DNA of 38,399 bases from Candidatus Sigynarchaeum calidifontis (GCA_030587475.2 JAUQYZ020000083.1:1-38399); one strand, 5' to 3'. Counted from the stretch's first letter, positions 16,943 to 27,262 are shown. Notes: a model not told the origin generated them from the letters alone. Numbers and translations are program-made.

Positions 16943-18838
16943 TTAGGCATGTCGTTGCGCCTCGACTTGCGACGTGTACCGCATCGCGTTGAGCTCCGCG
17001 GCTTCCTTGTCCGCATCCTCCCACGGCGTCCGGAACCTGTCCTTGATGGGCGAGAGCCGGAAGCCGAGTCTCGCGGCCTTGTAAAACAGCTTGACGAAGG
17101 GCTTGCTGGGGCCGGCCAGCGAGACCGCGTTCCCGAAATGATCGAGCCCCCGAGAATCCATTCCCCCGAGAAATGCATAGGTAAAAAAGATCACGACCGG
17201 GAACAGTGCGAATAGCAGCACCAGGTCGCCAGCGATGAGGGCGATAGTGATGGCGAGCGACCCGGCGGTTTCTACCCACACGTGATGGAGTATACCCACG
17301 AGCAAGTAATCGACGGGGATGAGTGGCAAGGTGGCGAGTGAGCCCGCGATGAAGGTCTGCCAAAGGTTGACGTGCACGGGCACGCATTTCTTGTGCACGA
17401 GGCCGAACTCGACGAACGTGATCACGATGTAGGCGGGAATGTCGTGCAAAATGTAGAGCGTGAGCAACGAGGTTTCACCAAATATGTTACGGAACCCCCA
17501 GGGCGAAAGGAACAAGAACACGGTAAGCATCTTGGTCACTTTCTCGGACACGATGCCCCACGTGCGGTATTCTGGCTTATTCACGGCCTGGCACACGTCC
17601 GCACCCATGACCGCGGGAGTGACCAGGAGCCGCGGCAAAATGTAGATCGGGATGATGACCGCCGTGTACGCGAAGTTTCCGCCGAGCTTTTCGAATACAG
17701 GAGGGATCAAAATCGTGATCTGCAAGGCCAAGAAAAAGCCCAGGAACCACCACGAGTTCCAATACTGCGTGATCGAGTACTTGGCGAGCGCTTTCTTGCC
17801 GTTATTGAATGATTCGGAGATGAGCGAGCTGTAGTTGTATTTGGTGCCAACGATGCTGGCAATGTCCTTTGATAATTGCACGAGGCCCGTGATAAAGACA
17901 TAATTCGGAAGCCAGGACACCATCATGATGAGCGTGATGTATTCCGTTGCAGCCGAAATGACCGTGGAGCCAAGCAGCTTGGCACCATAAAGCAAGCTCT
18001 CCTTTGCGACGTCGATACCAAAATCGGGAACCACAGCATCCCTGAGCCGGATACCGTAGGGTTTCAAGACTTTCGAGAGATACCGGCCAGCGAGCACCAT
18101 CGCGATAAAGTCATCGAGGTACCGGCCTATGATGAAACCGATCGTGGCGCCGTAGAGCTCGCCGAGGGCGGGATTCTGCGAGCCAGCCCACCTGCCTATG
18201 ATGATGGCCACGAGGGATGTCACGGTCTCGAAAACGATCGTCTGCACGAGGTCGACAATGTTTGCCTTGTCAAAACGCTGGTAGCCCTTTAACGTCGAGT
18301 TGAAGGCGCCGAGCATGCCCGGGAACTGTGTGAGCGAGTAGGTGAGGAAAAACCACATCGCGTAGCTCAAGTTCGTGTTCACGACGGTCGTGAAGCAGAA
18401 AACAGCAACAACAGTTACCTGGACGGAGCCCGTGAACATCTGGAACCAAATAAAGAACTGGATGTATTTCAAGGCCTTTTTAGGATTTATCTCGCCGTAC
18501 TGGGCGACATATCGCTCGCATGCCGGGCCTGTCGCAACATCCATGACCGAAAAAAATAACCCGAAATAATTCACGACGAGCGACTGGTAACCGAACGCAT
18601 CCGGGAATGGTAATATCACGCTGGGCAGCAACCACGAGTACATGAGCAGTGCCGGGACCGCCGCGAGGAGCAAGAACACGTAGTTGAACCAGAAGCTCGC
18701 TATTGGACGATGTATGTTAATAATATGCCAATAGGATGTCCTGCCCTTTTGCTCTTGAACAAGGGCGCTATCACGAGTTTTATTCACGCTTTCATCATTC
18801 GCGGTTTTTCTACCGCGTTCGCGAGCATCGTCCATCAT
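16943..18838 (-). CDS. MOP-superfamily (flippase / polysaccharide exporter-like) membrane protein
   Basis: 631 aa with more than 12 hydrophobic helices. FSVMDVATGPACERYVAQY, STLKGYQRFDKAN and LISESFNNGK resemble Wzx/MurJ-like repeats. Confidence 0.7.
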   Translation of the reverse strand: MMDDARERGRKTANDESVNKTRDSALVQEQKGRTSYWHIINIHRPIASFWFNYVFLLLAAVPALLMYSWLLPSVILPFPDAFGYQSLVVNYFGLFFSVMDVATGPACERYVAQYGEINPKKALKYIQFFIWFQMFTGSVQVTVVAVFCFTTVVNTNLSYAMWFFLTYSLTQFPGMLGAFNSTLKGYQRFDKANIVDLVQTIVFETVTSLVAIIIGRWAGSQNPALGELYGATIGFIIGRYLDDFIAMVLAGRYLSKVLKPYGIRLRDAVVPDFGIDVAKESLLYGAKLLGSTVISAATEYITLIMMVSWLPNYVFITGLVQLSKDIASIVGTKYNYSSLISESFNNGKKALAKYSITQYWNSWWFLGFFLALQITILIPPVFEKLGGNFAYTAVIIPIYILPRLLVTPAVMGADVCQAVNKPEYRTWGIVSEKVTKMLTVFLFLSPWGFRNIFGETSLLTLYILHDIPAYIVITFVEFGLVHKKCVPVHVNLWQTFIAGSLATLPLIPVDYLLVGILHHVWVETAGSLAITIALIAGDLVLLFALFPVVIFFTYAFLGGMDSRGLDHFGNAVSLAGPSKPFVKLFYKAARLGFRLSPIKDRFRTPWEDADKEAAELNAMRYTSQVEAQRHA

Positions 18839-18891
18839 TCTCCATCTTCACCATAGCGGGCACGAAAAATAGGTGCTGCCAGTTCCCTTGC

Positions 18892-19677
18892 TTAATGTTT
18901 GATTCCCAAATCATCGAGGTAGACGATGATCTCCTCGTAGATCCCGTCCTCGATCGTTTTCAACATCTTTTCGCCAATTTCTGGGCTGCAAGCAGTTATG
19001 TCTCGCATTTCATCTGGCCAAGTCCAGACTTCTGGTTCCTCGTTCACGGGAAAGTCGATCTTATCATCATCAGGTATTTTATACTTCTTTATCTTTAGTT
19101 TTCCCACGGGTAATGCCTTTTCATCGATAAGTTTCACCCCGTATTCTTGGCCGATGCGCCACAAAAGTGATGTTTCCCCGGGGCCTGCATGGCTCAAGTC
19201 TTTGGAAAGATTTGGTACCATCTGCGGGTAGACGAAGGCAAGCAGCTCGACCGGCGCATGGATCACGGCTTTCATCTCCACCAACGCATCAGCACGGGCT
19301 CGATCAAGGGCACGCACTTGCCACTTGCCGCCGTGGCCCGAGATAAGCAAGATGAGCCGGAAGCCAAGCTTGATGAATTCTCGGAAAAGATTTTTGTACA
19401 CGCGGTATGCGGTTTCTCCGTCGACGACGACGGAGCCCGGATAATGGATGTAACCATACGTGCCGATCCAGCATGTCGGCATGAGGAGCCCGTCCCCGAG
19501 CCGGTCAATCACGCGCTCGCAGATGCGTTGACTCGCCAAGCCGTCCATGCCAAGAGCCGTTTGAGGTCCATGCCATTCCATGATACCGATCGGCTGGATC
19601 AGGACCGGAAACCGTTCGATCACATCGTGCAGCGATTTTAGCGTTTGATATTCGTACCGGCGTTCGTGGTCGACCAT
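18892..19677 (-). CDS. Creatininase / creatinine amidohydrolase family protein
   Basis: PIGIMEWHGP..ALGMD, ISGHGG and HAGPGETS metal-binding motifs. The likely start is ATG 19677 (MVDHERRY), because the longer ORF overlaps the divergent gene. Confidence 0.9.
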   Translation of the reverse strand: MVDHERRYEYQTLKSLHDVIERFPVLIQPIGIMEWHGPQTALGMDGLASQRICERVIDRLGDGLLMPTCWIGTYGYIHYPGSVVVDGETAYRVYKNLFREFIKLGFRLILLISGHGGKWQVRALDRARADALVEMKAVIHAPVELLAFVYPQMVPNLSKDLSHAGPGETSLLWRIGQEYGVKLIDEKALPVGKLKIKKYKIPDDDKIDFPVNEEPEVWTWPDEMRDITACSPEIGEKMLKTIEDGIYEEIIVYLDDLGIKH

Positions 19678-19813
19678 GTATTCCTTTCGCTCACTGGCAA
19701 TAAAAACCGTTAAAACCGAAAGAAAACCGAGAATGTTAATGATTCTTAAGGTCAAGTTATAAAGTTCGCCGGGCGACATTACGGTCAAATAATTCCGATA
19801 AGGTCGACACGAT

Positions 19814-20899
19814 TTGTCCGGTATCTTCCACGCTTTTTTCGGTTTAACCATCGGCTTGCTCATCTGGAAGTTGTCCGAGGGAAAAAACGGCGAGAAACGG
19901 TTCAGTTTATCTCTTATCTTCGTCTTCGCGATTAACAATTACATCGGCCCTGACCTCGGTGGAATCTTCAAGGATATAGGCGAGGCATTGAACTCTCCCC
20001 CCCTGGTGGCATTAGGGAATGCAATCCACTCGTATACTGGTTTCCTCCTTTTTGCTCTGCCGTATGCGATAGGATGGCATTTAATTTTACTCGGCATCGA
20101 TCGGACGAGAATTCAGGCAGTGAAAAAGGTGGGAAATCCGAACCTCGAACCTGTTAACCATGTTTCCTATCCAAAAGTGCTGTTAATGGTCATTAGCGGG
20201 GGAATCATGCACCATTTCGTCGATTGCATTGGCCATGTCCTTAAAAACCCCGTTTCCGGCGTGTACTACCCGATCGGCCGGTTCATCTTGATCCCCGACC
20301 TTTCACCAGATTTCTGGTTAGCATACACGATCACCATCGCGATCCCCGCGATCGCCGCTGCATTATACCTCTTCATTGGCATCAAGCAGCGTCGTTACAC
20401 GCTGAAAGAAAAAATCTCCGCGATCCTCACGAAAGAAATTGCTTGGGCGGCGATATTCGTTGGCATCGTCGTGTTGAACGTGGGACTCATGTATGGCCTT
20501 ATGGCATGGGGAAATCTCGTGAAAATAACGGATGGCAATGTATCCTTCTATCTCGGCAACTTGTTGCGGGCTGCGCGCATGTTCGACGGCTCAGCTACCT
20601 GGTGGATCGCCGTAACGACTGCCCCGACGCTGGTCTTGTTTTTCTTGTGCCATGCCAAAGCCTGGCGTTTCCGTATCCGTGGGTTCACGATTCGAGCTGA
20701 TCTGTTCGTGATAATCTGTTATCTTGCAGCACTACTGGTTGGTTACATGTTGCAACCATTCATCGGGAACATATCGGGTACCGAGGCGGATGCCGGGGCG
20801 CTCGTGTTCACGTGGTCGACTATCGGCAGCACGCTGGTGGCTTTCTTCTTGGCGCGTGACAACCAATCGCTGAAACGGGAACCGTGCGTCGCGCCTTGA
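19814..20899 (+). CDS. Multi-pass membrane protein, probable membrane-bound metal-dependent hydrolase (YdjM-like)
   Basis: Spaced motifs IFHAFFG, IGPDLG, IHSYTG and MHHFVD in the N-terminal half, plus extra C-terminal TM helices. TTG start. Confidence 0.6.
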   Translation: MSGIFHAFFGLTIGLLIWKLSEGKNGEKRFSLSLIFVFAINNYIGPDLGGIFKDIGEALNSPPLVALGNAIHSYTGFLLFALPYAIGWHLILLGIDRTRIQAVKKVGNPNLEPVNHVSYPKVLLMVISGGIMHHFVDCIGHVLKNPVSGVYYPIGRFILIPDLSPDFWLAYTITIAIPAIAAALYLFIGIKQRRYTLKEKISAILTKEIAWAAIFVGIVVLNVGLMYGLMAWGNLVKITDGNVSFYLGNLLRAARMFDGSATWWIAVTTAPTLVLFFLCHAKAWRFRIRGFTIRADLFVIICYLAALLVGYMLQPFIGNISGTEADAGALVFTWSTIGSTLVAFFLARDNQSLKREPCVAP

Positions 20900-21038
20900 T
20901 CGACTTGCCGGACAATTTCACGAGCATCTCTTTTCACTCGATCCACGGCCTTTGATCACGCATTCACCAACATCAAATTTTATCTTGGATAGCCCCCTCC
21001 AGGGTATCGTTCCTTCTTCGATCTGGTGCGATCTGGAC

Positions 21039-24000
21039 ATGGACAACAAGCTGGCTGCGGCGCGCCTAGGAAAATGGAAAAATGCTTTGCTCGACACGAG
21101 CATGGTGAACAAGCAGCTCAACTTTCGCCCAACGCAAAAAACGAACGTGGAGATCATATTCCCCGACTTCCAGCAAGCCATCAAGAATTTCATCCTGGTT
21201 GGCAGCGAGGCCGAGTTTATGCCCGTGTTCAGCCATAAGGGAAAATCGTCTACGGAAGAGCAAGTACCGGCGCCCGATGCACCGATCGAGTCGGTCGACA
21301 CCTTGCACGCGGCAGCCATCGAGAAAGCAAGAAACAAGGCGCGAGTCACGAAAGACCTCATCACGAACCGAACAGATGATGACTTGCAGTTCGTGCTACG
21401 GCACTTGTTTCGGTCATCCAAGTCCTTCGAGGAGGAGAAAGGCATTAACATCTTGTATCTCGCCTTTGGCTTGCTGCGTTGGGCAGAAAAAGACGCCGAA
21501 AGGACGATGATCTATTCCCCCCTGCTGCTCACGCCGGTCACGCTGGCCCGCGCGTCGATCATCGAGCCGTTCAAGGTCGTGCCGACGGAGGACGAGACGT
21601 TCGTCAATCCGACGATCAAGGAGAAAATGCGGGCAGATTTCGGTATCGCGATAGACGACTTGCCGGCCGACTACAACGCGGAGGCGATCGATGCATTCTT
21701 CTCCTCCATCGAGCAAAAAATCGCCCGGAGGGCTTCATGGGGCATCGAACGGCGCGTGTTCCTCGGTACCTTCTCGTTCTCCAAGATGATAATGTTCAAC
21801 GACATGGCGAACAATGCGGGCACGTTCCTCGAGCACCCGATCATCTCTTGTTTTGCTTCGCAAACACCATATGTCGAGCCGCCCGAGCACGCCATCGTGG
21901 ACGCGGAGTGGAATGACGAGCTCCCTCCCGACGCGTCGTACACTATCCTCGATAGTGATTCGAGCCAGTTCAAGGCCATCCAGAGTGCCAAGAAAGGCTC
22001 GTCCATGATCATTCACGGCCCGCCGGGCACGGGGAAAAGCCAGTGCATTGCCAATATAATCGCCGATTGCATCGCGTCGGGCAAGAAAGTCTTGTTCGTG
22101 TCGCAGAAAATGGCGGCGCTGGAAGTCGTTCGCAAGCGGCTCGAGGAGCGGGGTATCGGGCGGTTTTGTCTCGACTTGTTTTCTCACAAGGCGAACAAGA
22201 CCGATCTCCTGACCGCGATCATGCGGAACGCGCGTTTCACGCTGGAGAACGACCAGGTGAACCCAAAAATTTACGAGGAACTCGGCACGACGAGGGAGCG
22301 GCTCAACGATTACGTTGCCAAGTTGCACACGCCCGTCGGCAAGGGTGGCTTGACCATCTATCAAGTCATCGGGGCGTTGACAAAGCTAGAAGGAGTGCAA
22401 GAGATAGATGCGATCATCCCTGCCCCGCAAGATCTCACCAGTATCGACCTGGCACGCATCGAAGATGCAATCGCGCAGATCGACCCCACCCGGATGGAAA
22501 CATACTTCCAACATCCCTGGGCCAGGTCATCGATCCAGACCAACGAGGGTGTCTTGTTCGAAACTATCCCCGAAGGAGTCAAGGCGATGAAGGCAGCCGT
22601 CGTGGCGCAGCAACAACGCGTGGATGCCTTCAACACCCGGAGGGTTTGCCTTCCCATCAAAAGCCAAGAAGATTTAGAATCATACAAGGCTTTTTTCGAG
22701 CGGTTCACGAGTCAAGCATTGTGCATCGACGCTGCAGAGCTACGCAGCAATTTCCAGTACAAGTACGCGTCCCCCGCTCGTGTCCTCTCTAGTTCATATA
22801 AGAAAGACAAGAAGCTCGCCGAGAGTGGAATTCGTGTACTACATTCCACCGATTATGAATTCCTCCTTTCTTCCCTGGAGGACATGGCATTCCACCAGGC
22901 GAAGATAATGCGCGGGACAGTGGCCAGCTCGGCCGAAGCCCGAGAAATCAAGGCAAACATCGATGAAATCGGCGCGGCTCAGGTTGCAATAGCGGAATTG
23001 CAGAAAAAATTGGGCATGCTCAACTTTTCATCGTTTGACGCGGGTACGGGTCTCTGGGACCAACTGGCAAATGCCCTGGCATACTGGGAATCCGTGATGG
23101 GCCAGCTAGAGGACTGGCTTGAATTGCACGTTCCCCGGGACAAGCTGTGCCAGTACCATGTCGAGGATTTCTTCGACAAGTTGCGGGGCAAGAAGCTGGC
23201 CGGGGTGGACCTAGTTGCGACATGGCAGAAAACTTTCTACCAACAATGGCTGGCCCACGCGTCTGCCAATGTTCTCAACATCAAGAACTTCAAATCATCC
23301 TATCACGAGGCCTTGATCCAAAAATTCATCGAATACGACAAGCAGTGCATCGATGCCAACACGGTGCGCCTCGCCAAGCGGATCAAGGATGGAATGCCAG
23401 CGTTCGACGTCGCGGCGTCGATGCGGAGCTCCGAGATGGGTATTCTCGAGCAAGAGTCGCGCAAGAAACGCAACGTGAAGCCGATCCGGCAGATCCTATC
23501 AGCCACCAAGAATATCACGGCGTCGCTCGCGCCGTGCTTCATGATGTCCCCGCTCTCGGTCGCGGCCTATCTCCCTATCGAGGCGTTCAACCAGTTCTTC
23601 GATGTCGTGATCTTCGACGAGGCATCGCAGGTTTGCCCAGAGGATGCGATGGGGGCGATCTTGCGTGCCAAGCAGCTCATCGTGGCGGGCGACGAAAAGC
23701 AAATGCCGCCCACGCGATTCTTCCAGGCAGAGCTGGACACGGATAGCGACGAAGAGGATGTTCCCATATTTGAAAGCTTGCTCGACGAGTGTGCCACGAT
23801 CGGACTGACCAATTTCTTGCTGAAATGGCATTACCGGTCGAGAAAAGAAGGCTTGATCGCGTTCTCGAACCTTAACTTCTACGACAACAACCTGGTAACG
23901 TTTCCCGACAATGGACGCCACAAAAACGAGCAAGGCAAGCCGGTACAAGATCCAGGGGTGCAGTTCGTCCACGTTCCAGAGGGCCGGTATATTCGCCAGA

Positions 24001-26000
24001 AGAACCCTATCGAGGCCCAGGTGGTCGCGCGGGCGGTCATCGATCATTTCAAGGCTAATCCCGATCGCAGCCTTGGCATCGTCGCTTTGGGTATCACCCA
24101 GGAGGAGGCCATCCATAACGAGCTTGAAAAAATATACAGGGGTGATCCCTCGCTTGAACAGCTCGTCAAGACACAGAAACAAGAACCGTTGTTCATAAAA
24201 AATCTCGAAAACGTGCAAGGCGACGAGCGAGACGTGATATTCCTATCCATCGGCTACGCGAAGAACGAGGCTGGGGTGTTGCATCTCAATTTCGGCCCGA
24301 TCAACAAGTCAGGAGGGGAGCGCCGGTTGAACGTGGCGATCACGAGGGCACGATATCTCGTCAAGGTGTTCTGCTCGTTTTTGCCCGCGGAAGTCGACCT
24401 CAAGCGTTCCAGCTCCCCGTCGTTCCACAAGCTCATTCAATACCTCGAATACGCGCGGACCGGCGACCTGGCATCCGTGACCATTTCCAAGGACAGTTCA
24501 ATGCCCTTGGTCGAGGGTCCGCTTGAAGAGGACGTCTATCGCGCCTTGACCGCAAAAGGCTTCGTCGTTGACAAGCAAATCGGCTGTTCAGGTTACCGTA
24601 TCGACCTCGCTATCGTCAATCCAGACAAGCCATCCGAGTACATCCTCGGGATCGTGTGCGACGGCCGCTCCTACTGCGCCGGCGAAACCGCGCGGGACCG
24701 CGACCGGTTGCGGCAGCAGGTTCTCGAGGGCCTCGGATGGCGGTTATTCCATGTTTGGTCGCCTGACTGGGCAAACAAGAAGGAGGAGGTCGTCGCCAAG
24801 ATCGAAAAACTCGTGGGGGATATCCGAAAGCGGGGCACACCTGTAATCAAGGAAAGCAAGGCGACCATTGGAAACATGTTTTCTGGTCTTGGAAGCAGCG
24901 TTGTTGCTCGTATCAATGCTGGCGTCACGCCTCTTAAAAAAGCCGATCCCCTTCATCGCGCTGAAAACACCGCTGGGGGCCCCGTCGTTTCTCATGTTGA
25001 AATTGCTGATGCTGGTGCAAGTTCACGTGTCGATGCCGGGGCTGATGTCGTTTTTCCCGCAGATTCCAGTCCCGCCGCTAGTGTTGATCCATCTAATGGT
25101 ATCACGGGTGATCACGATAGCGACATCAAAAAACCATTACCCAAGGTTGCCGCGCCAAAATACGCCGATGGAAACGTGCCTAAAAAGGCTAGCCCGGCGA
25201 CTTTTCCCGCCACTTCCGACGACGAAGCGTTTCGCAAGCGGTTGATCCAAGCCGGGTTCTGCATTCCATACAAGGAATTTACTGCCCGCGGTGGAAATAT
25301 CGACGAGTTCAACCGGAGTGCCGAGGTACGTGAGCAGATCGTGATGCGTATCGTGGAGGTCGAGGGCCCGATCCACCACGACTTGCTGGTCAAGCGGATC
25401 CAGGCTTACTACGACATCAAGATCCTGGGCAAGAATCTCAAGGAAATTATCGATGACACCTTGCTTCTCGTGCCCTGCCTGAACGGGTTTTACTATCCCG
25501 CCAACTTTTCACACGGGAGCGTTCGAATTTGCACGGACGGCGTCAAGGATCCGAGGGAACTGAACCAGATCCCTTCTCACGAGCTTCGCAAGTGCATGGC
25601 GATGCTCGTGAACGAGGCTTTAAGCATCCAGACCGACGAGCTCTTCACGAAGGTCGCCCGCGTATTCGGGTACCGCTTGGTGAAGGAAGGAAACAAGCAA
25701 TTGCTCGCCAACCACCTCGACGCGCTGGTCGCCGAAGGCTTGGTCGTGGTTTCCAATGGTACAGTGACGAACGCGCGGAAGGATGGCTGGAAGGACTCGA
25801 CGTTTGGCCTTTTAGAACCCCCGAGGGCATCGATGGCGCGGGAGGGCACTTGCAAGCGATGCTCCCTCGCGAAGCAGAAACCAGGCCGCACGGTTCGCAA
25901 GGGTGACGCCACATATTTCAAGCCGCCGTGCCTCGTGTGCTCGATCACGGAAAAGGAAACGCCGGAGGACTCGTGGTGCAAGGGCTTCAAGGCAAATTAA
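21039..26000 (+). CDS. DUF4011 - SF1 (Upf1/DNA2-like) helicase - Vsr-like/MTES_1575 nuclease - DUF3320-like protein (Hhe-type architecture)
   Basis: WKNALLD...LNFR and EEKGINILYLAFGLLRW (DUF4011). Helicase motifs DSSQ, HGPPGTGKSQ, FVSQKMAALEVV, MMSPLSVA, FDEASQ, GDEKQMPP, LKWHYRS, ENVQGDERD and RRLNVAITRA. Nuclease QIGCSGYRIDLA...CDG..Y...RDRDRLRQQVLEGLGW, then IVEVEGPIH. Likely start is ATG 21039. Confidence 0.9.
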   Translation: MDNKLAAARLGKWKNALLDTSMVNKQLNFRPTQKTNVEIIFPDFQQAIKNFILVGSEAEFMPVFSHKGKSSTEEQVPAPDAPIESVDTLHAAAIEKARNKARVTKDLITNRTDDDLQFVLRHLFRSSKSFEEEKGINILYLAFGLLRWAEKDAERTMIYSPLLLTPVTLARASIIEPFKVVPTEDETFVNPTIKEKMRADFGIAIDDLPADYNAEAIDAFFSSIEQKIARRASWGIERRVFLGTFSFSKMIMFNDMANNAGTFLEHPIISCFASQTPYVEPPEHAIVDAEWNDELPPDASYTILDSDSSQFKAIQSAKKGSSMIIHGPPGTGKSQCIANIIADCIASGKKVLFVSQKMAALEVVRKRLEERGIGRFCLDLFSHKANKTDLLTAIMRNARFTLENDQVNPKIYEELGTTRERLNDYVAKLHTPVGKGGLTIYQVIGALTKLEGVQEIDAIIPAPQDLTSIDLARIEDAIAQIDPTRMETYFQHPWARSSIQTNEGVLFETIPEGVKAMKAAVVAQQQRVDAFNTRRVCLPIKSQEDLESYKAFFERFTSQALCIDAAELRSNFQYKYASPARVLSSSYKKDKKLAESGIRVLHSTDYEFLLSSLEDMAFHQAKIMRGTVASSAEAREIKANIDEIGAAQVAIAELQKKLGMLNFSSFDAGTGLWDQLANALAYWESVMGQLEDWLELHVPRDKLCQYHVEDFFDKLRGKKLAGVDLVATWQKTFYQQWLAHASANVLNIKNFKSSYHEALIQKFIEYDKQCIDANTVRLAKRIKDGMPAFDVAASMRSSEMGILEQESRKKRNVKPIRQILSATKNITASLAPCFMMSPLSVAAYLPIEAFNQFFDVVIFDEASQVCPEDAMGAILRAKQLIVAGDEKQMPPTRFFQAELDTDSDEEDVPIFESLLDECATIGLTNFLLKWHYRSRKEGLIAFSNLNFYDNNLVTFPDNGRHKNEQGKPVQDPGVQFVHVPEGRYIRQKNPIEAQVVARAVIDHFKANPDRSLGIVALGITQEEAIHNELEKIYRGDPSLEQLVKTQKQEPLFIKNLENVQGDERDVIFLSIGYAKNEAGVLHLNFGPINKSGGERRLNVAITRARYLVKVFCSFLPAEVDLKRSSSPSFHKLIQYLEYARTGDLASVTISKDSSMPLVEGPLEEDVYRALTAKGFVVDKQIGCSGYRIDLAIVNPDKPSEYILGIVCDGRSYCAGETARDRDRLRQQVLEGLGWRLFHVWSPDWANKKEEVVAKIEKLVGDIRKRGTPVIKESKATIGNMFSGLGSSVVARINAGVTPLKKADPLHRAENTAGGPVVSHVEIADAGASSRVDAGADVVFPADSSPAASVDPSNGITGDHDSDIKKPLPKVAAPKYADGNVPKKASPATFPATSDDEAFRKRLIQAGFCIPYKEFTARGGNIDEFNRSAEVREQIVMRIVEVEGPIHHDLLVKRIQAYYDIKILGKNLKEIIDDTLLLVPCLNGFYYPANFSHGSVRICTDGVKDPRELNQIPSHELRKCMAMLVNEALSIQTDELFTKVARVFGYRLVKEGNKQLLANHLDALVAEGLVVVSNGTVTNARKDGWKDSTFGLLEPPRASMAREGTCKRCSLAKQKPGRTVRKGDATYFKPPCLVCSITEKETPEDSWCKGFKAN

Positions 26001-26107
26001 TGATTTGACCGGGAAATCCACGGCTGGCTTCGTAGGCCTTCTGGATAACTTTTTTTAAGGCTGAAATGGATAATCTAACATTCGAGCAATAACTGCATCT
26101 GAGCCAA

Positions 26108-27262
26108 ATGTCCGCCATCAAGCGAAAACTATACCTGGGCCTCATCGAGCACCCCAAGCTTGTCTTCTCCCAGGTGTTAAAAGGGCTTAAATGGCAAGAC
26201 GGGAACGTGTACGAGGACCACCAGAACACGCACGTTTATATCTTCCCCGCGGACATCTTTCCAGAGATTCGCATCGAGCTCCGGAACACGGTCGGGAAAA
26301 AACTCGCCAGAAATCTGCTCTACAACCTCAACCAGCTAGGCGCGGATGTTGTCATCAAGGATGCCATCGACCAGGAATTCAAGGGCAAGGATCTATTCAA
26401 GTATTTCTGCGCGGTTATGTCGCTTTTCGGTTGGGGCTTTGCGGAACATTTCGATTTTGATCCATCGACTGGTGCTGGTGTTGTTATCATTGCACGATTT
26501 CCCCAATCAAGCACGACGCAAACGGAACCGGTGCACGATGATTTCGCCGGTATCATCGCCCGCGCGCTCGAGCTCACGTATGAAAAGAAGTACGAAGTCA
26601 GAGAAACGAAATGCTGCGAAATGGCAGGCACAGGGCCAGAATGCACGTATCAAATAACCCCGCTCAAGGAAGGCATGCAAGCGCTAGGATCCAAGATCGA
26701 CGTGAAACATTTTGCGAAAATTGACGCGAAGAGCATCGTGAACCCCGAGGATTTCGACAAGCTCATGGATCAAATGGCGATGCCCGAGAACGGGGTCTTG
26801 ATGCTCGGGGAGAAGGACGCAGCCAAGCGTGTCGTGATCAAGGATGTCGAGTCCATCAATTCCATGTTTTTAAAAACAGCGGATCTCCTCGGCTGGAAGA
26901 CAATGGGCCCCGTCTTGTTCCGTGTTGGCCGCAACCACGTGCTCAAGGATGTCGGGAGTAAAAATCGGATGTACCTCGATGATATAAAAAAATATCTCTA
27001 CAAGCTCACGCTCTTCGGCTGGGGCATCTTCGAAGTCAAACAGACGGGTGAGGGCACGTATCAAGTCGTGCTCACGAAAAATCCCTTCACGGCGGGCTTC
27101 CCGGTTCAGCAATTCGCTACCGATTACTTGATCGGGGGTTTTCTCAGCGGCATGTTCGAGGCACTCGCCGGAAAGCGCGTGAACGTGAAGGAAATCGAGT
27201 GCTCTGCAAAGGGTGATAGCCGCTGCCTTTTCGAGGTCTCGGTGCCTGTCGCCAAGCAATAA
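26108..27262 (+). CDS. Tandem V4R-domain protein (two V4R-like units)
   Basis: Duplicated motifs LFGWG / LFGWG, FAGIIARALE / IGGFLSGMFE and ETKCCEMAGTGPECTY / EIECSAKGDSRCLF. Confidence 0.85.
   Translation: MSAIKRKLYLGLIEHPKLVFSQVLKGLKWQDGNVYEDHQNTHVYIFPADIFPEIRIELRNTVGKKLARNLLYNLNQLGADVVIKDAIDQEFKGKDLFKYFCAVMSLFGWGFAEHFDFDPSTGAGVVIIARFPQSSTTQTEPVHDDFAGIIARALELTYEKKYEVRETKCCEMAGTGPECTYQITPLKEGMQALGSKIDVKHFAKIDAKSIVNPEDFDKLMDQMAMPENGVLMLGEKDAAKRVVIKDVESINSMFLKTADLLGWKTMGPVLFRVGRNHVLKDVGSKNRMYLDDIKKYLYKLTLFGWGIFEVKQTGEGTYQVVLTKNPFTAGFPVQQFATDYLIGGFLSGMFEALAGKRVNVKEIECSAKGDSRCLFEVSVPVAKQ

Noticed and set aside
19678-19938. N-terminal extensions given by the ORF track (creatininase; likewise aminotransferase 29136-29237, U32 33160-33279, helicase 20952-21038, DUF998 12028-12117)
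   Set aside because: They overlap neighbouring genes or promoter regions and lie before the point where family similarity begins.
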